A DNA stretch of 64,000 nucleotides from Octopus vulgaris (Eukaryota), in contig OX597820.1 of NCBI GenBank assembly GCA_951406725.2, positions 47,988,001 to 48,052,000 on the forward strand, read 5' to 3'. Made by a program: the position numbers and the translations under genes. The notes below the pieces were generated by a model. The model was not told where the DNA came from and did no database searches. It worked only from the letters and a program-made list of their open reading frames with translations. Every line of letters begins with the position of its first letter. The first letter of the stretch is position 1. Positions 1 through 13,445 of this stretch are shown here, one piece after another.

Positions 1-1155
1 TAAACATGTCGAATATCGTGAAGTCCATGCCTGGTTATAGATTGTAGATTACAGTCGGTTTGGTATTCGAATTTCACGAGCAAAAAGAAATACTTGCATG
101 CTTGAAGTGCATGTCTTTTAGCATGTAAGTGCGACATTCCTACAACTTATGCCAACACGAGAAAATTTGAGGATTTATGTTTTCAGTCGAACACATATAA
201 ACTAGTATATTCCTTTATACTTGTGACATAGCTCCATTTCGTACAAACGTTGCTACTTCCTATACTTTTCAAAATCTATATACAGTTCAAATGGAATTTT
301 ATACTGTACTTGATTCGGGATCTAAATGAAATATTGGTATGTGTGAATCTTATCTTAGAGATGTTTTCCAGCAGATTGCTACAGGTTTCTACTCTAGGAT
401 AATCAGACATTTAACTACTACATATATATCGACAACTATTTGCTATTCAATATACAGCCAGCTGAAATTAGTAGACTCCTTGTAAGAATTCGAGAATTGT
501 GATTCTGCAGGATTTCAAAGCTCTTGTTGGACATCTTGAAATATACATTGGAAGTAGGATAATATGTATTGATTATTACAGGGAGGGTTCTACTGATTTT
601 TGTGGATACATTTAGGAGTTGAAGAGGAATAAGCCAGATAACTGTTGAGAGTTGTTCTATGTAACTTCTGTAGTAGATACAAAAGAGGGCAAATTTACTT
701 GCAATTCATCATATTGCTAGATGACATTCGGTTTAGCTCTACTGCAGTGTAGAATACCTGCATTATGTATTTTTCTATTCCTCAATAGTTTACATATATG
801 CTTGTCACTATTGACTGTAAAATGCCAACAACCAAATGAAGATAACTATCATCTATCCGTTGAATTGAGCATTTCCCTTGCTCGTTATACTGAGTGAGAG
901 TATATACCTTCCTATGTATCATTCTATGTATACATTCTTAAGTACACCATTTCGTCAATCGCAGCAGCTTCCAAGCTTCACCAATTCAATTCTCGACTAA
1001 ATTAAAAACAACAGTTTTAAAGAGGATACCTCCTGCTACACTTTGGCATAAATAGTTTGAGATTTGTTTCAGTAATAAAAAAGTTACATCAAAATATCTG
1101 AAACCTCAGCGGGGGTAGTAAGGCACCTATTCATCTTCAATTAACATATTTTTTT

Positions 1156-1352
1156 CAGTTCTATATTTAAGAGATGAGGAATCATATACATTATTTATAT
1201 TTTTTTACAATTGACGGATATTTGTCCTCATCTTGTTTGTTGTTAACACAACGTTTCGGCTGATATACCCTCCAGCCTTCATCAGGTTTCTTGGGGAAAT
1301 TTTGAACCTAGGTTCTCTTCCTAAGGTATTTTTCGATGTTTTTGTTATTATT
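1156..1352 (-). mobile_element. Family A short repeat (Penelope terminal-repeat-like, hammerhead-bearing), 3' part
   Basis: Reverse complement matches 9826-10012 and 36370-36524 (ends ...CTTAAATATAGAACTG); contains the hammerhead motif. Confidence 0.85.
1245..1290 (-). ncRNA. Minimal type I hammerhead ribozyme motif (family A)
   Basis: Minus strand: GAAAC-CUGAUGA-A-GGCUG-(10 nt loop)-CAGCC-GAAA-CG-UU-GUGUU; palindromic ACGU helix III; one mismatch in stem I. Confidence 0.75.
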
Positions 1353-2020
1353 ATGTTTTCCCTTCTTTCTCCAAATTTTCTTCCAATTCTCACCGAGTGT
1401 TTTCCCTACACCTAGGGCAGAGAAGCTTATTGTATGCATTCCCAGATTACACAAGCAAATTAACAGGTAAAAATATGTATTTAAAAAATAAATAAATAAA
1501 TTCATGAATGGATGTTTGTTTTCACAGCGACAATGCTCTTCGCAGTTCTTGAGTCGTTCCAGTTAACACAATTTTTTGCACTTCCTGTAGGAATGGTAAG
1601 TCTGGTATCATTTATAAGTTTCAGTACCTTTTTTATCATTCCTAGAGATCCTACAATCACTGGTACTATGGTCGCCTTGAGATGCCACATTTTTTTCAAT
1701 TTCTATTAGCAGGCCTTTATATTTACTAATCTTGTCAAATTCTTTCGCCGCTATATTGTGATCGCAAGGAATACTCATATCAATTAATAAACACACCTTT
1801 TTGTTTGATCTTTTATAATAATATCCGGTTTATTAGTTTTGTCGGTATGTACGGAGAAGTCCCAGAGAATCGACACATTTTCTCCCTCAGTCACAGCTTC
1901 AGGATGTTGTTTATACCATTTGTCAGCGGTTATAATGCCGACATATTGTCCAGTGTAAATACTGACCGACTCTGTCATGTCTTGCTTTATATTCTACAGG
2001 TGCTAAGACTCTACACCCTG
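1353..2020 (-). mobile_element. Decayed 3' end of an R4/Dong-like (restriction-like endonuclease) non-LTR retrotransposon
   Basis: Frameshifted translation EYKARHDRVGQYLHW...ILWDFSVHTDK..KPDIII...LIDMSIP...KISKY..L..EIEKMW..ATIVPVIVGSLG...QKIVLTGT..LRRAL*; the 3' UTR recurs at 59799-59995. Confidence 0.85.
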
Positions 2021-2065
2021 AGATGAGGATAAATATCCGTCAATTGTAAATAATGTAAATAATAT
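2021..2065 (+). repeat. Family A fragment
   Basis: GATGAGGATAAATATCCGTCAATTGTAAATAATGTAAATAAT matches 9937-9980. Confidence 0.7.
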
Positions 2066-2297
2066 ATATATATTTTTTAATTTTAAAATAAAAGTATACT
2101 TTTCTTAGGCTTAAATAATAGAAAAGTGCATGCGGAATTCAGAATCGCCAGTCACATTGAACAAAATTACTAGAAAAAAGTCATGATGTGAAATGTAATG
2201 AAATTTATTGTCAGTATATGAAGAAGTAAGAAGTAATGCCCCAATCTATAATGTTAAGATAAGACTATATTTCTAAAATGAATGCTTTAATTCTGTC

Positions 2298-2402
2298 GCG
2301 ACGATTTGGCAGAAACGTTAACGCGCAGGGCGAAATGCTTAGTGGTATTTCGTCTATCTTTTCGTTCTGAGTTCAAATTCTATCGAGGTCGACTTTACCT
2401 TC
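2298..2402 (+). mobile_element. SINE family C, 5' fragment
   Basis: TGGCAGAAACGTTA...GAGTTCAAATTC..CGAGGTCGACTTT; A/B-box-like; matches copies at 33722-34524 and 36862-37076. Confidence 0.7.
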
Positions 2403-3214
2403 CGTGTATTTTGTTTTGTTTAATAAAGTTATTTTTAATATGCTGTTGAATTTAGTTAAGTTTAACTTTTATTATTAATTTTCTCTTTCTTATTTAATTA
2501 ACTTGCTTTCTGCTTTTTTTTTTTTTTTTGCTTTTCCTTTTTAGTTGCTTTCCTTTTCTTTTTAGTTAATTATTTAATCAGGCTAGTTCATTATTGTGTT
2601 ATATGCTTCAGACATGTGCATCTAAATTTATTGAAGCAGGAATATAGTCATTTTTGGTCAGACGCGAAGGCATGTAGTAAGGCTGTCCAGAAAAGACATT
2701 TGTTAAAAGTGCTTATATTCTAAATTTACTTTTTAAATTTCAAAATTAATTAAAAGGGATTTTTCATAAATCAAATTTATATTAATGGGATGTAGGTAAT
2801 TTTAACTTGTGTATATCTGATATGCTTTTATAATTACTGTTTTATTGAATAATTATTGATAGATCTAGATTAACAGCAGTCAGTGCTATTATCCCCAACT
2901 CAAGATCTAGGTGACTTAAGGTGAGCCTGGTAACTGATGGTTTTGGTGTTTTATTGTTTGTAACTTTTGGTGAGCTATGGTGCAACCAATAAGATGGTAA
3001 AATTCCCTGCCATAAATTTGTTGTGGATGTGTAATATTAAATAATTCAATCACAACATATATTTAAATTAAACATGAAAAAAATTGAAATATTATCATCA
3101 TTTATATGGAAAAATTGAAATATTATCTTTCAGTATATCATAAATTAAAATCTTAAATTATTGACACATTATTAATTATCTTATAACAACAATGTCTGGA
3201 AAAATCATGGATTA

Positions 3215-3698
3215 CATGGTAAAATGCGAGCAAGAGAAATAATATTCTTAAGATTATAAACCTGGAAAAGTATAGGACAAGCTATTACTTCTAGTAAAGT
3301 AAAGAATATGAAACTTTTTACTTAAAATATTGCTGCTAAAATTAAAATTTGAATATTAAAAAATATTTTATTATAGTTTACAAATAACACTATACCTATT
3401 TAAGTAGAATTTGGCTAATTTACTATCTTAAATACAGTAAAAATTGACTGATTTGACAAACTTACAAATTAGCTGAACAGTTTTATACAATAAATTTAAA
3501 AGATGAGAACTGTAGAGAATCATTAATTAGAAGAACTGGCATTCTTTGCTGCAATATCTTAAGTAAAAAGTTTCTTATTCTTTACTTTACTAGAAGTAAT
3601 AGCTTGTCCTATACTTTTCCAGGTGTAATAACTTGTCCTGTACTTTTCCAGGTTTATAATCTTAAGAATATTTCTTTTGATGCTCGCACTTTTCCATG
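3215..3698. mobile_element. MITE-like element with ~110-bp terminal inverted repeats
   Basis: 3211-3324 is the reverse complement of 3559-3702 (right arm has a ~29-bp internal duplication); TA on both flanks. Confidence 0.75.
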
Positions 3699-4002
3699 TA
3701 ATATGTAAGTGTGAATGTGTGTGTAATGTGTGTGTAATGTGGGCTTGCCGGATAGCGTAGAAATAGGGGGGGGGGCATAGATGTGTAGTTGGGTGTATAT
3801 ATATATGTAGAAATGAATGCGCGCATACGCACACACACATCACACATGCACACACACACACACACATATATGCATAGAAATGCATATATTCACTCGTGTA
3901 TTTTTGATACCTATGTTGATAGATTCATGGTTGTTTATAGGTGGATGCATGTATATACTTACATGTAACTTGTAATATTCTATCTATGTCTCTCTCTCGC
4001 TC

Positions 4003-4050
<48 letters not shown>

Positions 4051-4075
4051 CCTATCTATCAATCTGTATACGTGT

Positions 4076-4134
<59 letters not shown>

Positions 4135-4168
4135 TACATATATATACACACATATATACATGGATATA

Positions 4169-4373
4169 CAGGGTTGGCCAAGAGTCACCTGCCAGTAAAT
4201 CAAAACCATTTATTTCCAAGATTTACTTATGTTTAGCAAGAAAAAGAATTTAATAAAAGGATCTAAATATGAAACACCTTCTTGTAAACATCTATAATTG
4301 GAATGAATAAATAAAATTGAATATTAAGTATTTATGGAATTTTCATTTACTGTCAGGTGACTAGCCAACGCTG
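4169..4373. mobile_element. Tc1/mariner-type MITE
   Basis: TA|CAGGGTTGGCCAAGAGTCACCTGCCAGTAAAT ... ATTTACTGTCAGGTGACTAGCCAACGCTG|TA; imperfect TIRs with TA target duplication. Confidence 0.8.
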
Positions 4374-4505
4374 TATATCTATGTATAAGTAAGTATTCGC
4401 ATTTTTCAGAACGGTTCTTGCAATTATGTTCAAATAAATGTTACAAGTATATGTCTATACAGTATTCAAATTTTTATATCATTTTCCCCATTTATATAAA
4501 AGCAT

Positions 4506-4841
<336 letters not shown>

Positions 4842-5384
4842 ATCTTTCTGTTTGCCTTTCTATTAATAAAACGAAGTAGAAATCAATGAAAATACAATAC
4901 AAGAAACTCTGAAACCACTCTTTTCCCGTTATTTACTAACCAATTAAATTACTAAACAACGTTGCTATTTCTGTCACTGTTTTGAACTCATATGCCCTAG
5001 TTCCATACGGCGCTTTTATTGGAAGACAGCAAAGCTCACAGTTTGTAAGAATGTATTTCTTTCTGTCTTATGTATTTGTTTCTTATATGTATTTGTACAT
5101 ACATATATACTTATGTGTGCGTGAATGTGTATTTGTGCGCGTGTGTGCGTGTGTGCGTGTGTGTGTTGTGTATGTGTGTTGCATATGTATGTATATATGT
5201 ATGAATACATATAGAAAAGTATGTACGTTTGAATACCTGTATAAACATACGTGAGGACAAACACATATACATAATTACTTACATAAGCGCACACACACAC
5301 GTATTGCGAACTTATCTACAAGCAAGAAATAAACATTCTCCTCCTATTTTTTTTACTTGTTTCAATCATTAGACCGCGGCCAGT

Positions 5385-5640
5385 TACTGGTTACGGAGTT
5401 GCACACACGATAGGGAGATCGTGGTTTCGATTCCCGGACCGTATGGTGCGATGTGTTCTTAAGCAAAACACGTCACATCACGTTGCTGTGCAATTACTTT
5501 CACATCCGACCTATAGCTCACTGCTCTGTGACGGGAGTAACCTAATGATCAACACAAACATATGGTCATTTAAACTACAGGCTATCTCTTCCCGCTGTTC
5601 ATCGTGAAATTGCCGAAGGTTGTTTACGACGGGAAAGTCA
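5385..5640 (+). mobile_element. Degenerate tRNA-derived SINE-like sequence
   Basis: TGGTTACGGAGTTGCAC...GGTTTCGATTCCCGG B-box-like head followed by GTGTTCTTAAGCAAAACAC. Confidence 0.45.
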
Positions 5641-5705
5641 GCCACAGCCACACACACATATAATTCGTTTTTTGTATCTGGTTTGCAAGATTCTTCATGT
5701 GAAGT

Positions 5706-5738
<33 letters not shown>

Positions 5739-7772
5739 CTTCGTCTTGCAAAATTTGATTGAAGTGCAGGTTACACTACAGTATTTGACTATTCTATTAA
5801 GATTTGAGATTTAAGATTGATAGAATAAGAGATGAATGTCCATACAATTACTAATAATAATTGTAATGATAGTTTTTATGGCCTAAAGGGCTCATTCATT
5901 GAGAGGATTCTAAAAAGCGGAATTAGAACATCCTGTTGTAGGGATTTACATTGAGGGGAATATGCAAAATCAATAATGTTTATGAAGTTACACTCATAAT
6001 AATGACCCAAATAATACATATAAAGGTGGATCCTAAAAATTGTAGGCAACCACAAAATGTGTGCGGGACACGCCACACAAAATGGCGTATTGACCTGACC
6101 TACCAAAAATAAGTACTAGGTTTTCTCGCTCGACTTAAACCGTGTAAGTAGCCTAATTGCTACACTGATCCACCGTTCACAAAATTACTGTGGTACTGAA
6201 ACGTCTCTATCCATAGCTTTGAAGAAATTGATGGTGACTTGACCCGAGAGGAAAAGTTCTGCCCTAACATTTTTCGATTGCACCCCACCCACACTTACTT
6301 TGTTTTTCAGAATCATCGGCCATAGAAAGTAATTTCCTTCAGTTTTGTTTCCTTTTCCCCACTTCCCGAAAATGATTTTTTTTTGTCAGTCCCATTTGCC
6401 TTATTTTATTAATTAATGTAGCTGTGATTGATTTCTCGAAGGTTTACAACACAATTGTCCATTAGGATGGACTCTTGTAATTGATATTTGCTATTTTATA
6501 TAAACACTCTCATTTGTAACCCATTATATATGATAAATTTTACATAATGTAAGTTTCCACACAGGAGGAAGTACTGGGGCCAGTAAATATTTTCAGGACC
6601 TCCATGACTGATGACTAAAATGGAAGAAATTACCCTGAAACCAGAAAACAATTTTGAGTGTCCGCAGCAAAATTCACACTGTAAAACCTAGCGAAAATTA
6701 AATATATAGCCCAATAATATGACGACCATTCCGATGGGCTTTCACACAGATTACGCTCAGAAATCTTTGGTAGACGTAAGACTACAGTAGTAGACAACAA
6801 AACAAGATGAATGCCATACAGTAAGATGGCATCAAAAAGTTATATAAATTAAAATCAAACTTTTTAACCTCGCAGTTACGTCGATGTCAGTGGTTTCATT
6901 GTTGATTGGCCACATGATATAAGAGAAATTATTTCATTCAAATGTGATCATCCCGATCTTTATTCTTCAAATGCAGACATATTCCATTCACTGGTGTCTT
7001 CTTTCTTTCTTAATGCAGTGCAGAAGAGTGATGTATACTTTTTAAGAGACTTGACTTATTCAACATTGAATAGTAATTAAATAAAATTATTAAATGCCTT
7101 AATCTGATGTTGAAAGATTGGGAAGTATACAAAACCATTACAGAAAGTTGTGGAGATAATTCATGGATACCCTTTATATATGTATGCATACACACATATC
7201 CATACTCATACATTAATACGTATATAAGTATTTGTGTATCTATTTGTGATCTACTCAAGAACGTTGAGTAGATCAACTAAGAAACCTCTCATATTTATTG
7301 AAAATTTGATGTTTTAACTGAGTATTAAACGTTGACATGCTATAAGTACAGTTAGAGAATAACATATCCAGACATAATTCCTACTCCTGAAGGAAGGAGT
7401 TGAAACATACTGCATTGTAAAAAAAAGGGGGAGATTCTAGATAATAAAATCTTTTATCAATGCAAACTTCTCTAACACGGATCTATAGTGTAACAATATA
7501 AATATTTAATATCTAATACTTGTTCGACAGAATTATCAAATATTAAAAGAAATAATAAAAAAGGATCTATTTGAAATGAATTCGCAATTTTCTTTTTAGT
7601 GTTTTTTTTGTATACACACATCGATTTTTTTGAATGTGTAAGTTATATTATATTATAAAATGTAAAATAAAATGATTTATTACATATTTTGTAAAAAACC
7701 CCAACTTTTTTAATTACAATCTTGACATTTAATAAGTTATCGATATATTTATACGTATACATGAATATATAT

Positions 7773-7876
<104 letters not shown>

Positions 7877-8630
7877 GGACCACAAGCAAAGGGAGACACA
7901 CACACACATTCATTCCTTTATATTGTCTTGAGAAGTATTCTGTGGACAAAAACGCCGTTGCTTAGAGGCTATTAACGGAAGTGCTTGTAAAATTTATGAT
8001 TGCAAGTGTCACAGGGAGAACTTGTGGCACTCATGCAGTTCAAGCATGACAAGGTATATATATTCACCTATTTTAACATAATCCTTCGTGGATGTACAAC
8101 GAAAGACACACAACCACGTTTACACTCACGTTTCCAGTCTTGTTTGCGCACACATACGCACACACACATACACGCACACACATGCTCACACACACGCATA
8201 CACACACACAGAGATACGCATAAAAAAACATTCATGCACACACATACATACATACATACACACATACATACATACACACATACATACATACATACATACA
8301 TACATACATACATACATACATGCATACATGCATACATGCATAGGTACATGCGTATGTATATAATTCTGGTTTACTCAATTGGTTAAGAAGTTCGTTTCGC
8401 AATCACATCCCGAAGTTGCATCTCATCATGCAACTTCAAATCGACCAAGGCTTGTGAAAGAAATTTAATACATACACACATGCATACATACTCGGTTTTA
8501 TGGAAAAAGCGCTAAAGAAATTAGCGATTCTTCAAATCAAATTTATTAGTGCCTCAGTGAAGATATGTAAGACATTCCAAAAATTCCCCATCTGAGATTC
8601 TTACGTAAATAGATGAACACTTTTGGGTGA

Positions 8631-8956
<326 letters not shown>

Positions 8957-9036
8957 CATATGGCGTAGTGGCTAAGATCTCGAGCTACAAATCCCCACGA
9001 TTCCGAGTTCGATTTCAGGTAGTGACCTGAATAATG

Positions 9037-9106
<70 letters not shown>

Positions 9107-9121
9107 GTAAATCTTTAAAAA

Positions 9122-9816
9122 AAACGAGGTAAATAAAACGTTCGAACAGAGATAGTCAGAAGCGACACCTACTGGGTCTGACTACGCTACATTGACAAAG
9201 GGCAAATACCCTGAAATGCGTCTGTAGCTGTCGGTCAAGTAGTGTGGAGAGACTGACCTCCCTTGTTCGAAGGTTATATGGATACAGTTTGTGTATCGAA
9301 TAGCTAACTTAAGGCGATGGCCTCATGGAGCTAATAAGCGGACAGCTTTTTTCTTATTTTTATAAGAATGCCATATTAGTATGGCGATAACTATTAATTT
9401 CCAGGAACGCTGCCGTAATCTCTTTTAGAGAGACTTAGTAATTTTAATATTTCTATTATTGAAACCAAGTGGATGTATTCCACCGAAACTAGGTAAATAA
9501 AACCTTCGAACAGAGATAGTCAGAAGCGACACCTACTGGGTCTGACTACGCTACATTGACAAAGGGCAAATACCCTGAAAAACGTCTGTAGCTGTCGGTC
9601 AAGTAGTGTGGAGCGATTGACCTCCCTTGTTCGAAGGTTATATGGATACAGTTTGTGTATCGAATAGCTGACTTAAGGCGATGGCCTCATGGACCTAATA
9701 AGCGGACAGCTTTTTTCTTATTTTTATAAGAATGCCATATTAGTATGGCGATAACTATTAATTTCCAGGAACGCTGCCGTAATCTCTTTTAGAGAGACTT
9801 AGTAATTTTAATATTT
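9122..9816 (+). repeat. Tandem duplication, 364-bp period, ~1.9 copies, highly self-complementary
   Basis: AGGTAAATAAAAC at 9127 and 9491; near-identical copies with only scattered substitutions. Confidence 0.95.
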
Positions 9817-9877
9817 GTATAATATCAACATCGAAAAATACCTTAGGAGTAAGAACCCGGGTTTGAAATTTCCCCAA

Positions 9878-9924
9878 GACACCTGATGAAGGCTGTAGGG
9901 TAAATCAGCCGAAACGTATGTGTT
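9878..9924 (+). ncRNA. Minimal type I hammerhead ribozyme motif (family A)
   Basis: GACAC-CUGAUGA-A-GGCUG-UAGGGUAAAU-CAGCC-GAAA-CG-UA-(U)-GUGUU; one extra base relative to the other copies. Confidence 0.7.
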
Positions 9925-10239
9925 AACAACAAACAAGATGAGAACAAATATCCGTCAAATGTAAATAATGTAAATAATGTACATAATTCCTCATCTCTTA
10001 AATATAGAACTGAAAAAAGAAATGTTGAAAATTGAACGACATTTGGGTGAATGCATCGAGAGTTCAACCAATACACCAACTCGACCACATATTTACAAAC
10101 ACCGGAAACACTTAACTCAAATAGCCTTATGACTTCCGTAGAGACTGGCTTCAACTCTCTTCAGGAGAACTTAAGTAAATCTAAAAAAAATTAAAAAAAT
10201 ACGCACATATATACATGCATGCTTACATACATACCTACT

Positions 10240-10656
10240 TTTATTTTTTTATGTGTTTCCGTCAGTTGACTGCAGACATGCTGGAGCACCGCATTTAGTC
10301 GAACAAATCGACCCCAGGACTTGATTTTTATAAGTTTAGAACTTATTCGATCCGTCTCTTTTTGCCGAACCACTAAGATACGGGGACGTAAACACACCAG
10401 CATCTGCTGCCAAGCAATGGTGGGGGTACAAATACAGACGCACAAAGACACACACACGCACACACATACACACACACATACACACACATACACAGCGGGC
10501 TTCTTTCAGTTTCTGTTCACCAAATCCACTCACAAAGCTTTGGTCGGCACGAGGCTATAGTAGAAGACACTTACCCAAGGTGCCACGCAGTGGGACTGAA
10601 CCTGTAACCATGTGGTTGGGAAGTAAGCTACTTACTACACAGCCTCTCCTACGCCT
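10240..10656 (-). mobile_element. tRNA-derived SINE family B (internal CA/TA microsatellite)
   Basis: Minus strand begins AGGCGTAGGAGAGGCTGTGTAGTAAG...GGTTCAGTCCCACTGCGTGGCACCTTGGG; more than 10 copies in the window. Confidence 0.9.
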
Positions 10657-11419
10657 ACATACATATCTAATACTATAAATGATCACATTATCTGGGACTA
10701 TAACAAGTTTGCAAGATCTTAAGATTTATATGCATATATATTATATATGTATGTATTCACGTGTGTGTATGTGATGTGTGTATGTGTGTGTGTGTGTATG
10801 CGCGTTTGTGTGTTATGTTATAACATAACAGATACGTAAATTGGAATTCACAATGCCTTTGTTTTGGCACTATGCTTGTTGGGAGGACAACTGTTGAAAG
10901 AATAAGAAGCATTCTAAAGATTTATGCCAAGTCGTACTGATGGATATGTGTGCGTGTGTGTGCGCGCTTGTGTATATATTTATACATATAGATACGCCCG
11001 CGCGCACACATACACACCATGCGGATGCATATCGTTGCTATTATGTTAAACTATCGTATATCCTAATTTGGCCAAAAACTTTGTTTTCAATATTTAATTT
11101 TGCTTTCAATAGCCGGTCCTTTTGGTCAAACTATCGTATCTCCAGCTGCTTCAGATGAAAATTGTCGAAGTGTAGTACAACGGTTTAGCATTTTTCAAAA
11201 GTGTAGTAAGCCCCACATACAACAGTTTTGCAAAAAATATTTCTGACTGAAAATATCATACATGCATGGACTTACGATCTTACGCACCCAACAAAGTATT
11301 ATTGTTAAGCTGAAACTGTTGCTTAAATGGAATGGTGGAACTATCTTTTCGTTTTCTGAAAGAGCAACGTTTTGGACTTACGACACTTTTGCATAAGAGT
11401 AACGATGTACATCTATTAA

Positions 11420-11860
11420 TCTTTTATTTCTCTCAGTCATTGTAGTACGGCTATGCTGGGGCAGCAGCTTGAAGGGATTTCATCCAAAAATTAGACTACA
11501 CAACTTATTTTTTTAAGCTTGGTGTCTCGTAAACCCAACCGCCACATTACGGGGACATAAACAAACCACTATCGGTTGACAAGCAGGAGCAAGAGACAAA
11601 CCCTAACCCAAACACAGACATTGATACATACAGACATACAATATATACATACATACCTACATACATACATACACATACATAAACTCATATATACATACAA
11701 TGGGCTTCTTTCAGTTTCTCTCCAGCAAATCCACCCACAAGACATTGTTCGGCCAGTGGTTATAACAGAGAAAACTTGCCCAAGTTATCCCGCAGGGAGA
11801 CTGAACCCGGAAGCTTGTAATTGGGAAGCAATCTCCTTCCCAAACAGCCATGCCTGAGCC
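11420..11860 (-). mobile_element. SINE family B, diverged copy
   Basis: GGGCTTCTTTCAGTTTC, ACTTGCCCAAG and ACTGAACCCGGA blocks in family order. Confidence 0.75.
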
Positions 11861-11896
11861 GAATGCAGAGGGTAGATTAAAATTTCCCATAAACTA

Positions 11897-11994
11897 TCTG
11901 CGTGGAATCTTGGGCACGTATCTTCTATAAAAATAGCCTCGTCCCGACTAAAGCTTTCTGTGTGCATTTAGTGGACGAAAACTGAAAGAAGCCC
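11897..11994 (+). mobile_element. SINE family B fragment
   Basis: CTGCGTGGAATCTTGGGCA...ACTGAAAGAAGCCC. Confidence 0.7.
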
Positions 11995-12566
11995 AACATA
12001 TACATACATACATACATACATACATACATACATACATACTAAATACATACATACATACATACATGCATATATATAGAGAGAGAGAGAAAGAGAGAGAGAG
12101 TGAGATAGATAGATAGATATATGTATATATAAATATCTATATATATATATGTATGTATATATTTATAACATATATACATGTATATATATATATATATCTA
12201 TATATATATGTATACCTTTATAAATATATATATATATATATATTTATATTTGTATGAATACGTAAATATGTATATACATAAATATATCTGTGTACAGATA
12301 TGTTGTATATGTATATGTACATTGTTATACATATATATATATATATACATATACTAATATATAATAAATGCACTGACATGTACACACACACAAACACACA
12401 CGCACACATACATATACACACGCTCACACACTCATAGATGCACATGCCTACTAATGCCAGTGTTCGTGTGAGGGAGTATGTGCGATGCAAAATGATTTAA
12501 CGAAAAGGAAAAGTAGATAATGATTATTATCTTTCAATTTTCGGGACAGAATTTGATTATAGTTTT

Positions 12567-12888
12567 GATGATGATAATGATGGTGGTAATGGTGGTAGAG
12601 GTGGTGGTGGTGGTGGTGGTGGTGGTGGTGGTGATGTGAAATGTGATGGTGAAGATAATGAAAATCTAGGTGGCTATGACGGTGCTAAACATCATGCTGC
12701 TAGTGACGATGGTGTTCTGTGTTTATTGTTCGTGGTTGTGGCAAAGAAAGATGTTAAGATGGCGTCGGGTGCGAGAGGGAAGCATTTGATGTCTTTTGGT
12801 ATGACTGAAAGAAATAAGCGGCTATTTTTGATGTGGCTTTTGTCGTTATGTGCTTGACGACGACGACGACGACGAGGACGAAGATGGC

Positions 12889-12927
<39 letters not shown>

Positions 12928-12930
12928 GGC

Positions 12931-12979
<49 letters not shown>

Positions 12980-13445
12980 GCGATGACGATGATGACGATG
13001 TTGATGATGATAACGATTAAGAAGGATAAGAATAAGAAGATGCAGGAGAAAGAGATGAAGAAGAGAAAGGAGAAGAGAGAAAAAGGAAGAAGAAAGGACG
13101 AAGATAAGGAAGATAATGATGAAGATGATGATGATGAAGAAGAAGAAGCAGAAGAAAGGAAGAAGAGAAAGAAAGAAGAAAAAGAAGAAAGGAAGAAAAG
13201 GTAGTAGAAGAAAGTGATCAGAGCGATGATGGTAATGTGATCATGCTGATGATGTCAATGATGATGATGATAATGATCATGATGACGAGTACGATGATGA
13301 CGATGGAGATGAAGGCGAGGACGGCTACGAAGGTGATGATGATGTCAATGAAAATGATGATGGCGATGATAAAGATGATGATGGCGATGATGAAGAGGAT
13401 GATAATGTTGGTGAAGATGATGAAGATGATGATGATGATGATAGT
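12567..13445. repeat. Low-complexity trinucleotide tract (GGT/GAT/GAC/GAA)
   Basis: Direct reading; source of the spurious poly-M/I/K ORFs. Confidence 0.9.

Larger units (their letters stand above)
8957..10012 (+). mobile_element. Family A element, right arm of palindrome, interrupted by the 364-bp tandem unit
   Basis: TGGCGTAGTGG (A box) ... GAGTTCGATTTC (B box), (AAT)n, insertion ~9107-9820, then the hammerhead-bearing tail. Confidence 0.85.

Noticed and set aside
1-1150. Non-repetitive segment that looks like decayed coding sequence
   Set aside because: Trial translations gave no recognisable motif; left unassigned
9122-9816. CRISPR-like or bacterial origin of the tandem repeat
   Set aside because: No repeat-spacer structure or cas genes; context is eukaryotic repeat DNA
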